NCBI GenBank assembly: GCA_023484515.1
Contig: JAMDAY010000004.1
Span: forward strand, 1 to 58,698
Direction of reading: 5' to 3'
DNA: 58,698 nucleotides
DNA from: Patescibacteria group bacterium
GTDB taxonomy: Bacteria > Patescibacteriota > Doudnabacteria > UBA920
Shown: one piece after another, positions 19,000 to 29,275 of the stretch
Layout of the letters: every line of letters starts with the position of its first letter
How positions within the stretch are numbered: position 1 is the stretch's first letter
Notes under the pieces: model-generated
Told to the model about the DNA's origin: nothing
Seen by the model: the letters and a program-made list of their open reading frames with translations, nothing else
Databases searched by the model: none
Translations under genes and position numbers: made by a program

Positions 19000-19242
19000 A
19001 TGCATTATTATTTTTACCATCCATATGGTTTTGGAGGCGCAGGCATGTTCATACTTTGGATTATTTTAGCCGCGCTGGCGGTATGGCTCATAGTGGAAGC
19101 CGGCCGCCGCAGCCGCGGCTACCGGGACAATTTGTCACAGCAACAAAAAAATACGGCGCTGGACCTGCTTAACCAGCGCTATGCAAAAGGAGAAATTTCC
19201 AAAGAGGAATACCAGCAAAAAAAGAAGGACATTTTAAGTTAA
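19000..19242 (+). CDS. SHOCT-domain membrane protein
   Basis: TM helix plus ALDLLNQRYAKGEISKEEYQQKK. Confidence 0.85.
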   Translation: MHYYFYHPYGFGGAGMFILWIILAALAVWLIVEAGRRSRGYRDNLSQQQKNTALDLLNQRYAKGEISKEEYQQKKKDILS

Positions 19243-19832
19243 AGGCGCGGCTTGTAAACCGCCCCTTCTTTTTTCCTCACGGTTAAGATGGCATAAGCGG
19301 CTTCCAGAAGGTTGCTGACCATAAAATCCGGCCTCCTGGAAAGCCGGTGCCATTTCCATTCCGTTTCCCCGCCGTTGTTGACCAGCACCGTATTGCAGCC
19401 GGCCCGGTTGCCGGTTTCCACGTCAGGCAAAATTCCCCCTACCATCCAGGATCCGGACAAATCCAAGTCTAAATTTTTTGCCGCGCTAAACAGCATTCCA
19501 GGCCGGGGCTTGCGGCAAGTGCGGCCAGGATTATATTCTACGGCCGCTTCTTCTGGAAAACAAGGATAATAGTAAAACCCGTCCAGCGATACATTGAACC
19601 GTTGGAGCAATTTTTGTATCTTACTAAAAATGGATTTTAAATCTTTTTGCAAATAGCTTCCCGCTGCCGCTTCCGGCTGGTCCATAACCATTATTAATTT
19701 AAATCCTGCCTGCTTAAGCAGCCTTAGCCCTTCCCCGGCAAATTCCCTCAACTTAATAAGCTTAGAACCAGCGTTATAAGGAACTTTTTTTATTATAACG
19801 TTATCTTTGTCAAAAAAAATTGCTTTGTGCAT
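19239..19832 (-). CDS. HAD-IIIA (GmhB-like) phosphatase with degenerate active site
   Basis: FFDKDNV, CRKPRPGM, MVGG instead of MxGD. Confidence 0.8.
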   Translation of the reverse strand: MHKAIFFDKDNVIIKKVPYNAGSKLIKLREFAGEGLRLLKQAGFKLIMVMDQPEAAAGSYLQKDLKSIFSKIQKLLQRFNVSLDGFYYYPCFPEEAAVEYNPGRTCRKPRPGMLFSAAKNLDLDLSGSWMVGGILPDVETGNRAGCNTVLVNNGGETEWKWHRLSRRPDFMVSNLLEAAYAILTVRKKEGAVYKPRL

Positions 19833-20046
19833 AGCGACGGTTTTAATGACATCAAATTTAATAGCAGGGCAAAAAAACGCTCCAGGGTAAATTGATTAAC
19901 GTCGGACACTGATCTTTAAACGATCATTGTTATACAACCGGCCACTGGCTTAGCCTTACGTCTATATATGGTTTTTCGGGCATAAGGAAGATTGGACGAT
20001 AATTGCTGCCAACCTTAGCTTAGTAGACTGCCGCTTTGGCGCGGCC

Positions 20047-20712
20047 TTACGGGCCAACGGAGATGCCGCGATGCGCCGTCTGCAGCAAATTTAAAACGTC
20101 ACGGTCCGACAGTTGGGGGAAGCGGCCATACCACAGCCCTACGGCCAAAAAATCTTCTATCTCATGCAGGCATACTAATTCGTTTGCGCCGGAACGAAAT
20201 TTTGCCGCCGTGTCTGCAGCGCATACGGGGACTGCCAAAATTAATTTTTTAGGTTTTCCCAATTTTAAGGATTCCAGGGCCGCTTGGGCCGTGACCCCGG
20301 TAGCTAACCCGTCATCCACTAAAATTACCGTCTTGTTCCTGACCTGGGGGTTGTGCCGGTTGCCGCGGAACAAGGCAATGCGCCGTTCCATTTCGGCGGT
20401 TTCATTATCAATCAAGCCTTGCAGCTGGGCCTTACTTACCTTTAAATCGCTTATGGCCGACTGGTTTAAAACTATTATGCCGCCTTCGGCAATGGCGCCG
20501 ATGCCATATTCCGGATTACCGGGATAACCAAGCTTGAGCGCTACAAATACGTCCAATGAAGCGCTTAGCCCTCTGGCCACTTCCAAACCTACTGCCACGC
20601 CGCCGCGAGGCAAAGCTAAAACCAGCGGGCTTTGGCTTTTATACTGCTCCAGCCTGGCGGCCAATTGCCTGCCTGCGTCGTAACGGTCCGAAAAATAGGG
20701 TTGGGGAATCAT
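20047..20712 (-). CDS. Phosphoribosyltransferase-family protein
   Basis: FSDRYDAG, LALPRGGV, VILVDDGLATG. True start near 20712; the longer track ORF overlaps the opposite gene. Confidence 0.9.
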   Translation of the reverse strand: MIPQPYFSDRYDAGRQLAARLEQYKSQSPLVLALPRGGVAVGLEVARGLSASLDVFVALKLGYPGNPEYGIGAIAEGGIIVLNQSAISDLKVSKAQLQGLIDNETAEMERRIALFRGNRHNPQVRNKTVILVDDGLATGVTAQAALESLKLGKPKKLILAVPVCAADTAAKFRSGANELVCLHEIEDFLAVGLWYGRFPQLSDRDVLNLLQTAHRGISVGP

Positions 20713-20827
20713 ACCTATTATAGGTGACGTAAAGCGAATAATTTCCTTGATAATTATCAACGCCAAATTGCGGAAAATAATACACCCGTTTGTATTAAGT
20801 CTAATATTATAGCCTAAAGGAGGGCAA

Positions 20828-21547
20828 ATGAAGAAAAAGGTTTTCCTATGTTTGGCAGCCTTGGCGTTTTTTCTTGCCGGATGCTCTTCCGGAAGAAGCA
20901 AGTCAGAGGTAAAAAAAGACCTGTCCGCCAAGCTGGATCGCCTCCGCAGCGAATCGGACGGATACAAGGCGACGGCGATCAGGGAAGAAATTACCGCCGG
21001 AGCGTCAAAAAACAATTTGACCTTGCAGGATATTGGGACCAGCTCCGTCGTTCTGGATAAAATGGTGCAGGAAGCGTTTGCCAGAAACGCCAAACGGCTG
21101 ATCGCCGAACTGCGCGAAGTCCGCAACGACCCGCAAAAAGCGGAAAAGTTAGCCGGAGAATTCTACCAGGTGCAGCAGCGTTCGGGACTGAACATTGAAC
21201 AATACGGAATACCCCCCAACTGGCCGACCCATGCGGTCTTCCAGAATTATTTTGAAAGGGTCGTGGAGCTGGCGGCCAGCCGAAATATCACCCCCAGTTT
21301 GGAAGACTATAAAACTGCGGGGCTTACCCCTCCGGCAACGGCTGTCATAAGCGAGGAGCGAATAACCATTAAGCCGGCGAAGCCGCAGGCGAAAAAAAGG
21401 ACCGTTCCCGTTCCGTCTCCAGCCATCCCGGAGAGGAAGGCGGTTAGCCCATGCTGCAACTGCGGACCGGCCGTAAAATGCATACCTGGGGTATACTATC
21501 CCGACTCCAACTCACCTTGCTACTCCGGAAACCCGCCCAGGAATTGA
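20828..21547 (+). CDS. Hypothetical lipoprotein
   Basis: Lipobox FLAGC; Cys-rich C-terminus. Confidence 0.75.
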   Translation: MKKKVFLCLAALAFFLAGCSSGRSKSEVKKDLSAKLDRLRSESDGYKATAIREEITAGASKNNLTLQDIGTSSVVLDKMVQEAFARNAKRLIAELREVRNDPQKAEKLAGEFYQVQQRSGLNIEQYGIPPNWPTHAVFQNYFERVVELAASRNITPSLEDYKTAGLTPPATAVISEERITIKPAKPQAKKRTVPVPSPAIPERKAVSPCCNCGPAVKCIPGVYYPDSNSPCYSGNPPRN

Positions 21548-21630
21548 AAGCCGCAACAAGCAAGCCTTTTTACGGCGGCATAACAAAATCCCTGTAAAGG
21601 ATTGTGTTTTGCCGCTTTATTTATTGCCTT

Positions 21631-21718
21631 AACAGGGTCATCTTTTCGGGATAAACGGACTTAAATTATTAGTCCATAAAATTTTTAGATAAGCAGTCCC
21701 AAAAGGATGACCCTTGTT
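21631..21718 (+). repeat. Structured dispersed element, divergent copy E (stem-loop only)
   Basis: gggtcatcttttcggga / tcccaaaaggatgaccc pair at 16 of 17 positions including G-U; same GGGAT...GTCCC inner closure as copies A-C. Confidence 0.65.
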
Positions 21719-21786
21719 GCAATATTCCCTTCTTGCTACATATCTATAAAACCTGTAAAATTAACTTGAATTTATCATTTCATTTT

Positions 21787-22725
21787 ATGCCTAAAAAAAT
21801 TACCATCGGTTTAATCCAAACCAAAACTTCGGACAGCCTTTCCGCCAATTTTGCCAAGACCGCAACTATGGTGGAAAAGGTCGCGGCAAAAGGCGCGCAA
21901 ATTATCTGTTTGCAGGAACTTTATAATACCCCTTACTTCCCCCAGCGGCAGCACGAAGACAAGGATAAATACGCGGAATATATTCCCGGCGCTTCCACTT
22001 CCATGTTTGAGGAAATTGCCAAGGATTATGGCATAGTAATAATTGTACCTGTATACGAAAAGGCAAAAAACAAGCATGGCAAATGGGAATATTACAATTC
22101 TGCGGCCGTGATAAATGAGAAAGGTATGTTAATGAAAGAAGTCTACCGCAAAGTCCACATCCCCCAAGATCCCGGTTTTTACGAAAAAGATTATTTTGAA
22201 AGCGGCAAATCCGGTTATAAAATTTACAAAACCAAATTCGCCTCGTTTGCGGTGCTAATATGCTACGACCAGTGGTTTCCGGAGGCGGCGCGCGCCGCCA
22301 GGCTGCAAGGCGCGGAAATTATTTTTTACCCAACCGCGTTGGGCAATATTGTCGGTTACAAGCCCGAAGGCGACTGGCATGGCGCCTGGGAAACGGCCAT
22401 GAGAGGGCATGCCATTGCCAACAGCGTGCACGTGGCGGCCGTAAACCGCGTGGGGCGCGAAGGCAATATGAAATTTTTCGGCCAGACATTTGTTTGCGAC
22501 CCGTTCGGCAAAGTTTTAAAGCGCGCCTCGGCCGGCAAGGAAGAAGCGTTAATTGCGAAAATTGACCTGTCCCGCAACAAATTTTTTGCCGACGGCTGGG
22601 GCTTTCTGCGCAACCGCCGTCCGGACACCTACGGCATTTTAACTTCCGACAAGCTCGTGGAAAAATCCCGCAAACTTAAAGACGTGGCGCATTACAAGGA
22701 CGAAATAAAGGCGTTGGAAAAGTAA
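21787..22725 (+). CDS. aguB: N-carbamoylputrescine amidase (carbon-nitrogen hydrolase)
   Basis: Catalytic E (LQEL), K (YRKVHIP), C (ICYDQWFPE); adjacent to agmatine deiminase. Confidence 0.88.
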   Translation: MPKKITIGLIQTKTSDSLSANFAKTATMVEKVAAKGAQIICLQELYNTPYFPQRQHEDKDKYAEYIPGASTSMFEEIAKDYGIVIIVPVYEKAKNKHGKWEYYNSAAVINEKGMLMKEVYRKVHIPQDPGFYEKDYFESGKSGYKIYKTKFASFAVLICYDQWFPEAARAARLQGAEIIFYPTALGNIVGYKPEGDWHGAWETAMRGHAIANSVHVAAVNRVGREGNMKFFGQTFVCDPFGKVLKRASAGKEEALIAKIDLSRNKFFADGWGFLRNRRPDTYGILTSDKLVEKSRKLKDVAHYKDEIKALEK

Positions 22726-22877
22726 TTTAAACGTTCCGATACGCAGATTAACTGATTTCACTAATGCCTACAGATGTGGCCCGAATGAAATCTATTTGAT
22801 CATTACCAGATATCTCCCGAGCAATATCTGCAGGTATCTGAAAAATCTGCCCATCCGCAGATCGGAATATAAATATT

Positions 22878-23933
22878 ATGTCCATATTTCCACAACAAAA
22901 ATTCCGCATGCCCGCCGAATGGGAACCGCATTCGGCTGTGTGGCTGGCGTGGCCGCATGACGAAATTTCCTTTCCCGGCCGCGTGGAAAAAGTGGAAAAT
23001 GACGTAGCTAAAATTATTGCCGCCATTAGTCCGAGCGAACAGGCGGAGCTTTTAGTATTGGATGAAGAGATGAAAATTAAAGCGGAAGATAAGTTGCATA
23101 AAGCAGGAGCCGACCTGGCCAAAATCACTTTTCGATCCGTAAATTACATGGACGGCTGGATGCGCGACTGCGGGCCAATTTTTGTAAAAGACCAATCTGA
23201 CAATCTTTCTTTGGTCAAATGGATTTTTAACATGTGGGGCAATAAATTTCCCGATCTTTTGCCTGACGACAAGCTGCCTTACCGCATAAAAGACTGGCTG
23301 GGCCTGGCAATGAGCGAACCGCAGTTGGTGCTGGAGGGAGGCGCGATTGACATTAACGGCCAGGGAATGTGCCTGACCACGGAACAATGCGTACTGAACG
23401 AAAACCGCAACCTCGGCAAAACCAAAAACGATGTTGAGCAATTTTTAGCTGATTATTTGGGAATAAAAAAGACAATCTGGCTGTATGAAGGCCTGGTTAA
23501 CGACCATACTGACGGGCATATAGACGAATTGGCCCGTTTTGTCGCGCCAAACAAGATAGTTTGCGCGTACGAAGACGACCCTAAAGACGAAAATTACGCC
23601 ATTTTAAAAAACAATTACGAAACCCTGCAGGCTGCCGTAAACTTGGAAGGCAAACCGTTTGAGATTGTTAAATTGCCCATGCCGCATGTCAACTTCCGGG
23701 GCGCGGCCGCCGGAATTAACGGCGAAGACGCCAAGGCCCCGGTTTCTTACACCAATTTTTATATTGGCAACACAGTAGTGCTGGCGTCGGTATTCAACGA
23801 CCCCAACGACGCCAAGGCCGTGGAAATTCTGCAGTCCTGCTTCCCAGGCCGCAAAGTCGTGCCCATAGACTGCTCCGACATCATCTACGGCGGCGGCGCC
23901 ATCCACTGCATGACCCAGCAGCAGCCGATATAA
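22878..23933 (+). CDS. aguA: Agmatine deiminase
   Basis: MPAEWEPH, WMRDCGP, LEGGAID, DHTDGHID, GGGAIHCMTQQQP. Confidence 0.95.
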   Translation: MSIFPQQKFRMPAEWEPHSAVWLAWPHDEISFPGRVEKVENDVAKIIAAISPSEQAELLVLDEEMKIKAEDKLHKAGADLAKITFRSVNYMDGWMRDCGPIFVKDQSDNLSLVKWIFNMWGNKFPDLLPDDKLPYRIKDWLGLAMSEPQLVLEGGAIDINGQGMCLTTEQCVLNENRNLGKTKNDVEQFLADYLGIKKTIWLYEGLVNDHTDGHIDELARFVAPNKIVCAYEDDPKDENYAILKNNYETLQAAVNLEGKPFEIVKLPMPHVNFRGAAAGINGEDAKAPVSYTNFYIGNTVVLASVFNDPNDAKAVEILQSCFPGRKVVPIDCSDIIYGGGAIHCMTQQQPI

Positions 23934-24095
23934 TTTTGACATATCCGACGTATCTGTTAAAATATTTTCGTAACCGCTTGAACTCGAAACAAAGTCCCCC
24001 GTCATTCGACAGGGTCAGAAGGTGGTGAGGAATTCGCGGATAACAATTATCTGATGCGATTCCAGTTATGGAACGCATCCAATGAGGAATTCCTT

Positions 24096-25196
24096 ATGGA
24101 CAGGAAAAAATTTACCAGGCTGTCGCCTGGACTGAAAAAGCTGATTGTGCCGGATACCAAAAAGGCAGTTGGAGAATTAAGCAAAAATATAAGCAAATCA
24201 AAAACGCCAATTTCCGCTTACGCTGAAACGGTGTTAAACCATTGCAACGGCGGCAGCACCATGCAGGCTGCAATGTGGCTGAAAAACCACTTGGATAACG
24301 GGGGCAAGCTGGTGGTAACCCTGGCCGGGGCCTTAAGCTCGTTCCAAATTGGCGTAATGCTGGCGGAATTAATCCGCAAAAACAAAGTCCACCTTATTTC
24401 CGCGACCGGCGCCAACCACGAAGAATCCTATTACCGTTACGTGGCGCATTCGCACTACGCTTACATCCCGCGCTATACCGAACTGACGCCGCAGCAGGAA
24501 GCGGAATTGCGCGACTCGGGCCTGCGCCGCATTACCGACACTTTCCTGCCGGAAGACGAAAGCGTGCGCATAATGGAACCGCACCTGTTAAAAATGTGGC
24601 AAAAAGCGGAAAAAAACGGGGAAAGATATTTTCCTCACGAATACTTCCGCAGGCTGTTCGCGGAAAAATTGATCAAACCAGATCCGCAGGCCAATCCGGC
24701 GGACTGCTGGACTTATGCCGCTTATGAAAAAAATATTCCTATTGTCATTCCGGGTTTTGAAGATTCCACCATGGGCAACATTTTTTCCAGCTATACCTAC
24801 AGCGGCCCGCATAAAAAGAAAGGCGACATCACTTTTAACCAGAGCATAATGAAAACCGGGCTGGAATATTTCCATTTCCTGTATGACTGGTATATGAAAG
24901 AGTCCAAAAACGCTCCCATTGCCTTTTTACAGCTTGGCGGCGGCATTTCGGCCGATTTCCCCATTTGCGTGGTGCCTTCTTTAAAACACGATTTAAGGCT
25001 GCATGGCAAAGTCCGGGACTGGGCCGGGTTTATTGAGATTGGCAGTTCCCCAATGTCTTACGGCTCTTATTCCGGCGCCGGCGGCAAGGAAAAAATTACC
25101 TGGGACAAACTTTCCACCAAGAGCTACTACCAAATTATCCAAAGCGACGTTACCGTAGCCTTCCCCTGGATCGCGGCCGTGCTGCTGGAATTATAA
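24096..25196 (+). CDS. Deoxyhypusine-synthase-like protein (probable homospermidine synthase)
   Basis: LAGALSS, SATGANHEE, EDSTMGN, GGGISADFPIC, EKITWDK. Confidence 0.88.
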   Translation: MDRKKFTRLSPGLKKLIVPDTKKAVGELSKNISKSKTPISAYAETVLNHCNGGSTMQAAMWLKNHLDNGGKLVVTLAGALSSFQIGVMLAELIRKNKVHLISATGANHEESYYRYVAHSHYAYIPRYTELTPQQEAELRDSGLRRITDTFLPEDESVRIMEPHLLKMWQKAEKNGERYFPHEYFRRLFAEKLIKPDPQANPADCWTYAAYEKNIPIVIPGFEDSTMGNIFSSYTYSGPHKKKGDITFNQSIMKTGLEYFHFLYDWYMKESKNAPIAFLQLGGGISADFPICVVPSLKHDLRLHGKVRDWAGFIEIGSSPMSYGSYSGAGGKEKITWDKLSTKSYYQIIQSDVTVAFPWIAAVLLEL

Positions 25197-25253
25197 TTTC
25201 TAGAGGCAACTACAACTGCATTTGACGGGCTTTGATATTGCCTCCCACTTAAA

Positions 25254-25285
25254 AATTGCCTTGCTTACAGCAAGGCAATTATTTT
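25254..25285 (+). terminator. Intrinsic terminator
   Basis: aattgccttgc-ttaca-gcaaggcaatt followed by a T-rich tract. Confidence 0.7.
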
Positions 25286-25349
25286 ATGGGTGATTATAAG
25301 ATTCCTCCCCCATTCCTTGATGAGCATGCTTAACGAGCCTCTTTGAAAA

Positions 25350-25460
25350 TATTTTTTCGCGGTAATTTTTCAACAAACATAATCTTGTAAATTTTGCATT
25401 ATGATGATTGTTTACGGTAATTTTTAAACGTCAGAATTGCAAAATTACCGCGAAAAAATA
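25350..25460. repeat. 111-bp element with 20-bp perfect terminal inverted repeats
   Basis: tattttttcgcggtaatttt / aaaattaccgcgaaaaaata, with an internal partial copy. Confidence 0.75.
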
Positions 25461-25894
25461 AAATAAACGAGCTTGCCTTAGGTTTCCCTAAGCGCAAGCC
25501 CGTCTAAGAGGGGTATGCTTTTCCCATTTGCGAACTTCCTTTATATATGTTTACTTATATAACTGGCTAAGCGCCATGTATGCTTTTCGCTGGTACCTTG
25601 GAAAAGCTACCCGGCCGCGCTTCGCGCGGCTCCCGTTACTTGTTTTTGCATCCGCAGACTTTCTCCTTTCTACCTTTATCCTAACCCCTTTGACGCTGCA
25701 GTCAAGCTGGGATTTCTTCTCCCAAATAAGCTAAATTTTTAAGCCGGTGGATAACCGTTTATATTCCCATACTTGATTACAAAATACCCAAAGCAGTTAG
25801 TCAAAATATGGGGAATTTAGGGGATTACAGGCGCCGCATTCTGTATTTTGCCAAAACGGCCAACCGTTGCCCAGGCATATTTTATTTTGGCATT

Positions 25895-25918
25895 TTAAAG
25901 CCCCCTTTTAGGGGGCTT
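25895..25918 (-). terminator. rpoD terminator
   Basis: aagcccc-ctaaaaa-ggggctt on the minus strand after the rpoD stop. Confidence 0.6.
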
Positions 25919-25923
25919 GATTG

Positions 25924-27228
25924 TTAATAATCCCTTAATTTGTTTATGTCTATGTGCTCGCGGATGCGCTCCAAGGCCTTGCTTTCAATTTGGCGGATGC
26001 GCTCGCGCGTGACGCCGAACTCCTCGCCGACTTCTTCCAAAGTATGGGTCACGCCGTCCTCCAAACCAAACCGCATCTTTAAAATTTTCTGTTCCCGGGG
26101 ATCCAGATCTTTCAAAATATTGCCGACGTATTCCTTTAAAATCTGGCGGCCGGCAACTTCGTTGGGCTTGGTGGAATCTTCGTCCACAATAAAGTCCCCC
26201 AAATTGGAATCCTCGCCCTCGTCTTCCCCTACCGGGGAATCTATGGAAACGGTTTCCTGGGAAATCTTTTTCAAATGATAAACCTTTTCCACTTCTATGC
26301 CCATCTCCGCGGCAATCTCTTCTGGCAAGGGCTCGCGGCCCAAGTCCTGCACCAATTGCCTTTCAGCCTGGGCATATTTGTTCAAGGTTTCCACCATATG
26401 CACCGGAATGCGAATGGTGCGCGACTGGTCGGCCAAAGCGCGGGTAATGGCCTGGCGGATCCACCAGGTAGCGTAAGTGGAAAACTTATAACCCTTGCGC
26501 CAGTCAAATTTCTCTACGGCGCGGAACAAGCCTAAATTCCCTTCCTGGATTAAGTCCAGCAGCCCCAAATTCCTTCCCATATACTTTTTGGCAATGGAAA
26601 CTACCAGCCTCAAGTTCGCCTCAGTCAATTTTTTACGCGCCGTCACGTCCCCTTTGGTAATACGCTTAGCCAAGTCTATTTCCTCTTCGCCCGTAAGCAG
26701 CGAGACCTTGCCGATCTCGCGCAAATACATTTGAATGGAGTCGTCATAAATGTCACCCAGGTCAAACGCGTCCACCATTTCTTCCTGCTGTTTTTTGCCC
26801 CTGCCTTTTGCCTCCGGCTTGGGCTCCTCGGGCTTGTTCTGTTCCCAAACGCTGGCCACTTCCTGATCCACCACTTCCACCCCGCGCTTTTCCAAGTCGT
26901 CCATAATTTTTTCCAACCCCGGGACATTGTCCTCAAAGAAAGGGACGGCATGGAGAATTTCCGCTTCCGTTACAAAACCCCGTTCCGAGCCTTTTTCCAG
27001 CAATTTTTGCAAAGTTCGGTTATGTTCAACGGAAACCGGCCTGGCTAAAATAGCCAATTCCTGCTGCAAGGGCTTGACTGGCGCTGTTTTTGCCGCTTTT
27101 GAGGCCTTGGGAAACTTTTTGGCAGCGGGCTTGCGTCCGGCCGCCTTTTTGCCTCCCAGCCTAAGCTTGGCTTTTACCGGCTTGGTAGGTTTCTTTTTCT
27201 GCATTTTCTTCTTCTTAATCTTGACCAT
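25924..27228 (-). CDS. rpoD: Primary sigma factor with Lys/Ala-rich N-terminal extension
   Basis: [48 protein letters not shown]. Confidence 0.97.
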   Translation of the reverse strand: MVKIKKKKMQKKKPTKPVKAKLRLGGKKAAGRKPAAKKFPKASKAAKTAPVKPLQQELAILARPVSVEHNRTLQKLLEKGSERGFVTEAEILHAVPFFEDNVPGLEKIMDDLEKRGVEVVDQEVASVWEQNKPEEPKPEAKGRGKKQQEEMVDAFDLGDIYDDSIQMYLREIGKVSLLTGEEEIDLAKRITKGDVTARKKLTEANLRLVVSIAKKYMGRNLGLLDLIQEGNLGLFRAVEKFDWRKGYKFSTYATWWIRQAITRALADQSRTIRIPVHMVETLNKYAQAERQLVQDLGREPLPEEIAAEMGIEVEKVYHLKKISQETVSIDSPVGEDEGEDSNLGDFIVDEDSTKPNEVAGRQILKEYVGNILKDLDPREQKILKMRFGLEDGVTHTLEEVGEEFGVTRERIRQIESKALERIREHIDINKLRDY

Positions 27229-27263
27229 AAAAAATATTAAATGATGATAAAATAATTAATAGC

Positions 27264-29042
27264 TTAAACTTCCCGCTCCATTTGCAGCCTCTCTTGGGAT
27301 ATTTCCATAAACTCCTGATTCAAGGATGCCAGCCTGGCTTTATCCTGCAGCCCTTCCGCCTTCTTGATTTCCCAGGCCAGTTGCTGCTGCTGCTTTTTTA
27401 GCCCGGCCATATGCAGCATGGCAAAAGATTTTTCCAATTGCTTTTTAAGCGCGTCTAAATTCCCTCCCAAATCCTCCAACATTGATTCTACCATAAAAAC
27501 ACCTTCCTTGGCTATAGTTTCCCGCTTGACAGGCTGCAGATGATCTTCCGAAGCCTTTACCTTTCCCGCCGCAAACAAAGGCCGCAATAGACGGACGATT
27601 TCCGGGGAAGAAAAATCTTCCACCTTTCCTTTTGCCAAAACTTTTTCCAAAAAATCCCCGTATACCAACATTCCTCCAAAAACTTCTTTTTCCAGATTGT
27701 CAGCGGCCAATGCCAAATAAACTGGCCTGGACGTCTCGGTTGGAATGGGAGATTTTGGCTTGACCGTTTTTTTCAATGCGTCCCTTAATACTTTTTCCGT
27801 GGTATTAAGCTTGGCTGCCATTACATTCAAATAGTGATCCTGCTCCAAAGGATCTGTTAAAAAGCCCACTAGCGGAAGCATCTCCTTGGCAATCTGTTTT
27901 TTTTGTTCTACGGATTTGCCGTCAAACCCCGTGAAAGCTTGCTCCAGGTAAAAGTCCATAAACAGCGGCGCTTCGGCTGACAGCTTTTCCCAAAGGCCTT
28001 TGTCTTTTTTTACCAGCTCGTCCGGGTCTTTAGCTCCCACTATTTTGATAATCCTAACGATAAAATCCCGGCCCAAGTATAATTCCACGGCCCGCCTGGC
28101 CGCGGCCAGGCCGGCCGCATCAGTATCAAAACAAAACTTTAAATTCTTGGTTAAGCGCGACAGGCTGTCCAACTGCTGCGCGGTCAAGGCCGTACCGCTG
28201 CTGGCCACTACGTTAGTAAACCCGGCTTGATGCAAGGAAATGCAATCCATTTGCCCTTCCACTACAATTGCTTCGTCCCTTTTTCTTATGCCGGTTTTGG
28301 CAAAGTTCAGGCCGAACAAGACTTTGCTCTTATTATATATAACGGTTTCGGGGGAATTTATATATTTGGCAGATTGGCCGTCGTCGCGCAGAATGCGCGC
28401 GGAAAAACCCACGGTTTTGCCGGCAGAATCAAAAATGGGAAAAGTGACGCGGCCGCGGAAGCGGTCATAAATTTGGCCGCGCTCGTTTTTGGCGCAAACC
28501 CCGGCCTTAACCATATCTTCCCGCCTGACCCCCTTGGCCGCCAAGGCCTGTTCCAGGTTATGGAAGCCCTCGGGCGCGTACCCGATTTGCCATTGCTTGA
28601 TTGTAGCCAAATCCAGTCCGCGGTTTTGCAGGTATTCCATTGCCTCCCTGCCTTGGCCGCCTTTGAGTAATATCTGATGGAAATAGCGGGCCGCAAAGTC
28701 GTTTATCCGGTAAAGCAGATCTTTTTCGTCTTCCGCTTTTTGGTCGCGGGGGCGGTATTCGGGCAATTTGACCCCGGCCTTGCCGGCCAAAATTTTCAAA
28801 GCGTCCTTAAAGTCCAGGTTCTCATACTGCATTACAAAACCAAACACGTCCCCGCCGGCCCCGCAGCCGAAACAGTGCCAAATTTGCTTGCCAGGGGAAA
28901 TTTGCAAAGACGGCGTTTTCTCGTTATGGAACGGGCAAAGCGCCTTAAAATTGCCGCCGGCTTTTTTTATTTTAATATAGCCGCCAATTACGTCCGCAAT
29001 ATTCAGCCTGTCCTTTATTTCCAGCAAAGTTTGGTCTGCCAT
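27264..29042 (-). CDS. dnaG: DNA primase
   Basis: CPFHNEKTPS zinc finger, KYINSPET, VEGQMD, FDTDAAG. Start at 29042. Confidence 0.97.
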   Translation of the reverse strand: MADQTLLEIKDRLNIADVIGGYIKIKKAGGNFKALCPFHNEKTPSLQISPGKQIWHCFGCGAGGDVFGFVMQYENLDFKDALKILAGKAGVKLPEYRPRDQKAEDEKDLLYRINDFAARYFHQILLKGGQGREAMEYLQNRGLDLATIKQWQIGYAPEGFHNLEQALAAKGVRREDMVKAGVCAKNERGQIYDRFRGRVTFPIFDSAGKTVGFSARILRDDGQSAKYINSPETVIYNKSKVLFGLNFAKTGIRKRDEAIVVEGQMDCISLHQAGFTNVVASSGTALTAQQLDSLSRLTKNLKFCFDTDAAGLAAARRAVELYLGRDFIVRIIKIVGAKDPDELVKKDKGLWEKLSAEAPLFMDFYLEQAFTGFDGKSVEQKKQIAKEMLPLVGFLTDPLEQDHYLNVMAAKLNTTEKVLRDALKKTVKPKSPIPTETSRPVYLALAADNLEKEVFGGMLVYGDFLEKVLAKGKVEDFSSPEIVRLLRPLFAAGKVKASEDHLQPVKRETIAKEGVFMVESMLEDLGGNLDALKKQLEKSFAMLHMAGLKKQQQQLAWEIKKAEGLQDKARLASLNQEFMEISQERLQMEREV

Positions 29043-29185
29043 AAGCGAATGACGATTTAAAGCTTGCAACGTTACTTGTCTTAACTTTACCAGAAAAACA
29101 GCCGTTTTGGCAACGTGGACAAACTTGTTTTTTCGTGGTATGATTATTTGGAATTTCCATAAAAACAGCCAAATATTTGCCGCCT

Positions 29186-29275
29186 GGAGAGATCGCATAG
29201 TGGTCTAGTGCGCTTGCTTGGAAAGCAAGTAGGTTCGAAAGGGCCTCGGGGGTTCGAATCCCCCTCTCTCCGCCA
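29186..29275 (+). tRNA. tRNA-Ser (anticodon GGA)
   Basis: GGAGAGA acceptor, cttgc-TTGGAAA-gcaag anticodon arm, long variable arm, GGTTCGAATCC, encoded CCA. Confidence 0.97.

Noticed and set aside
20713-21126. Long N-terminal extension of the phosphoribosyltransferase
   Set aside because: It is antisense to the lipoprotein gene; family homology starts at about 20712.
25465-25790. RNase P RNA, tmRNA or group II intron remnant
   Set aside because: ggagaaagtc only loosely resembles GAGGAAAGUC and no CR-V is seen; no tRNA-like ends; gagccg is not followed by a domain V helix.
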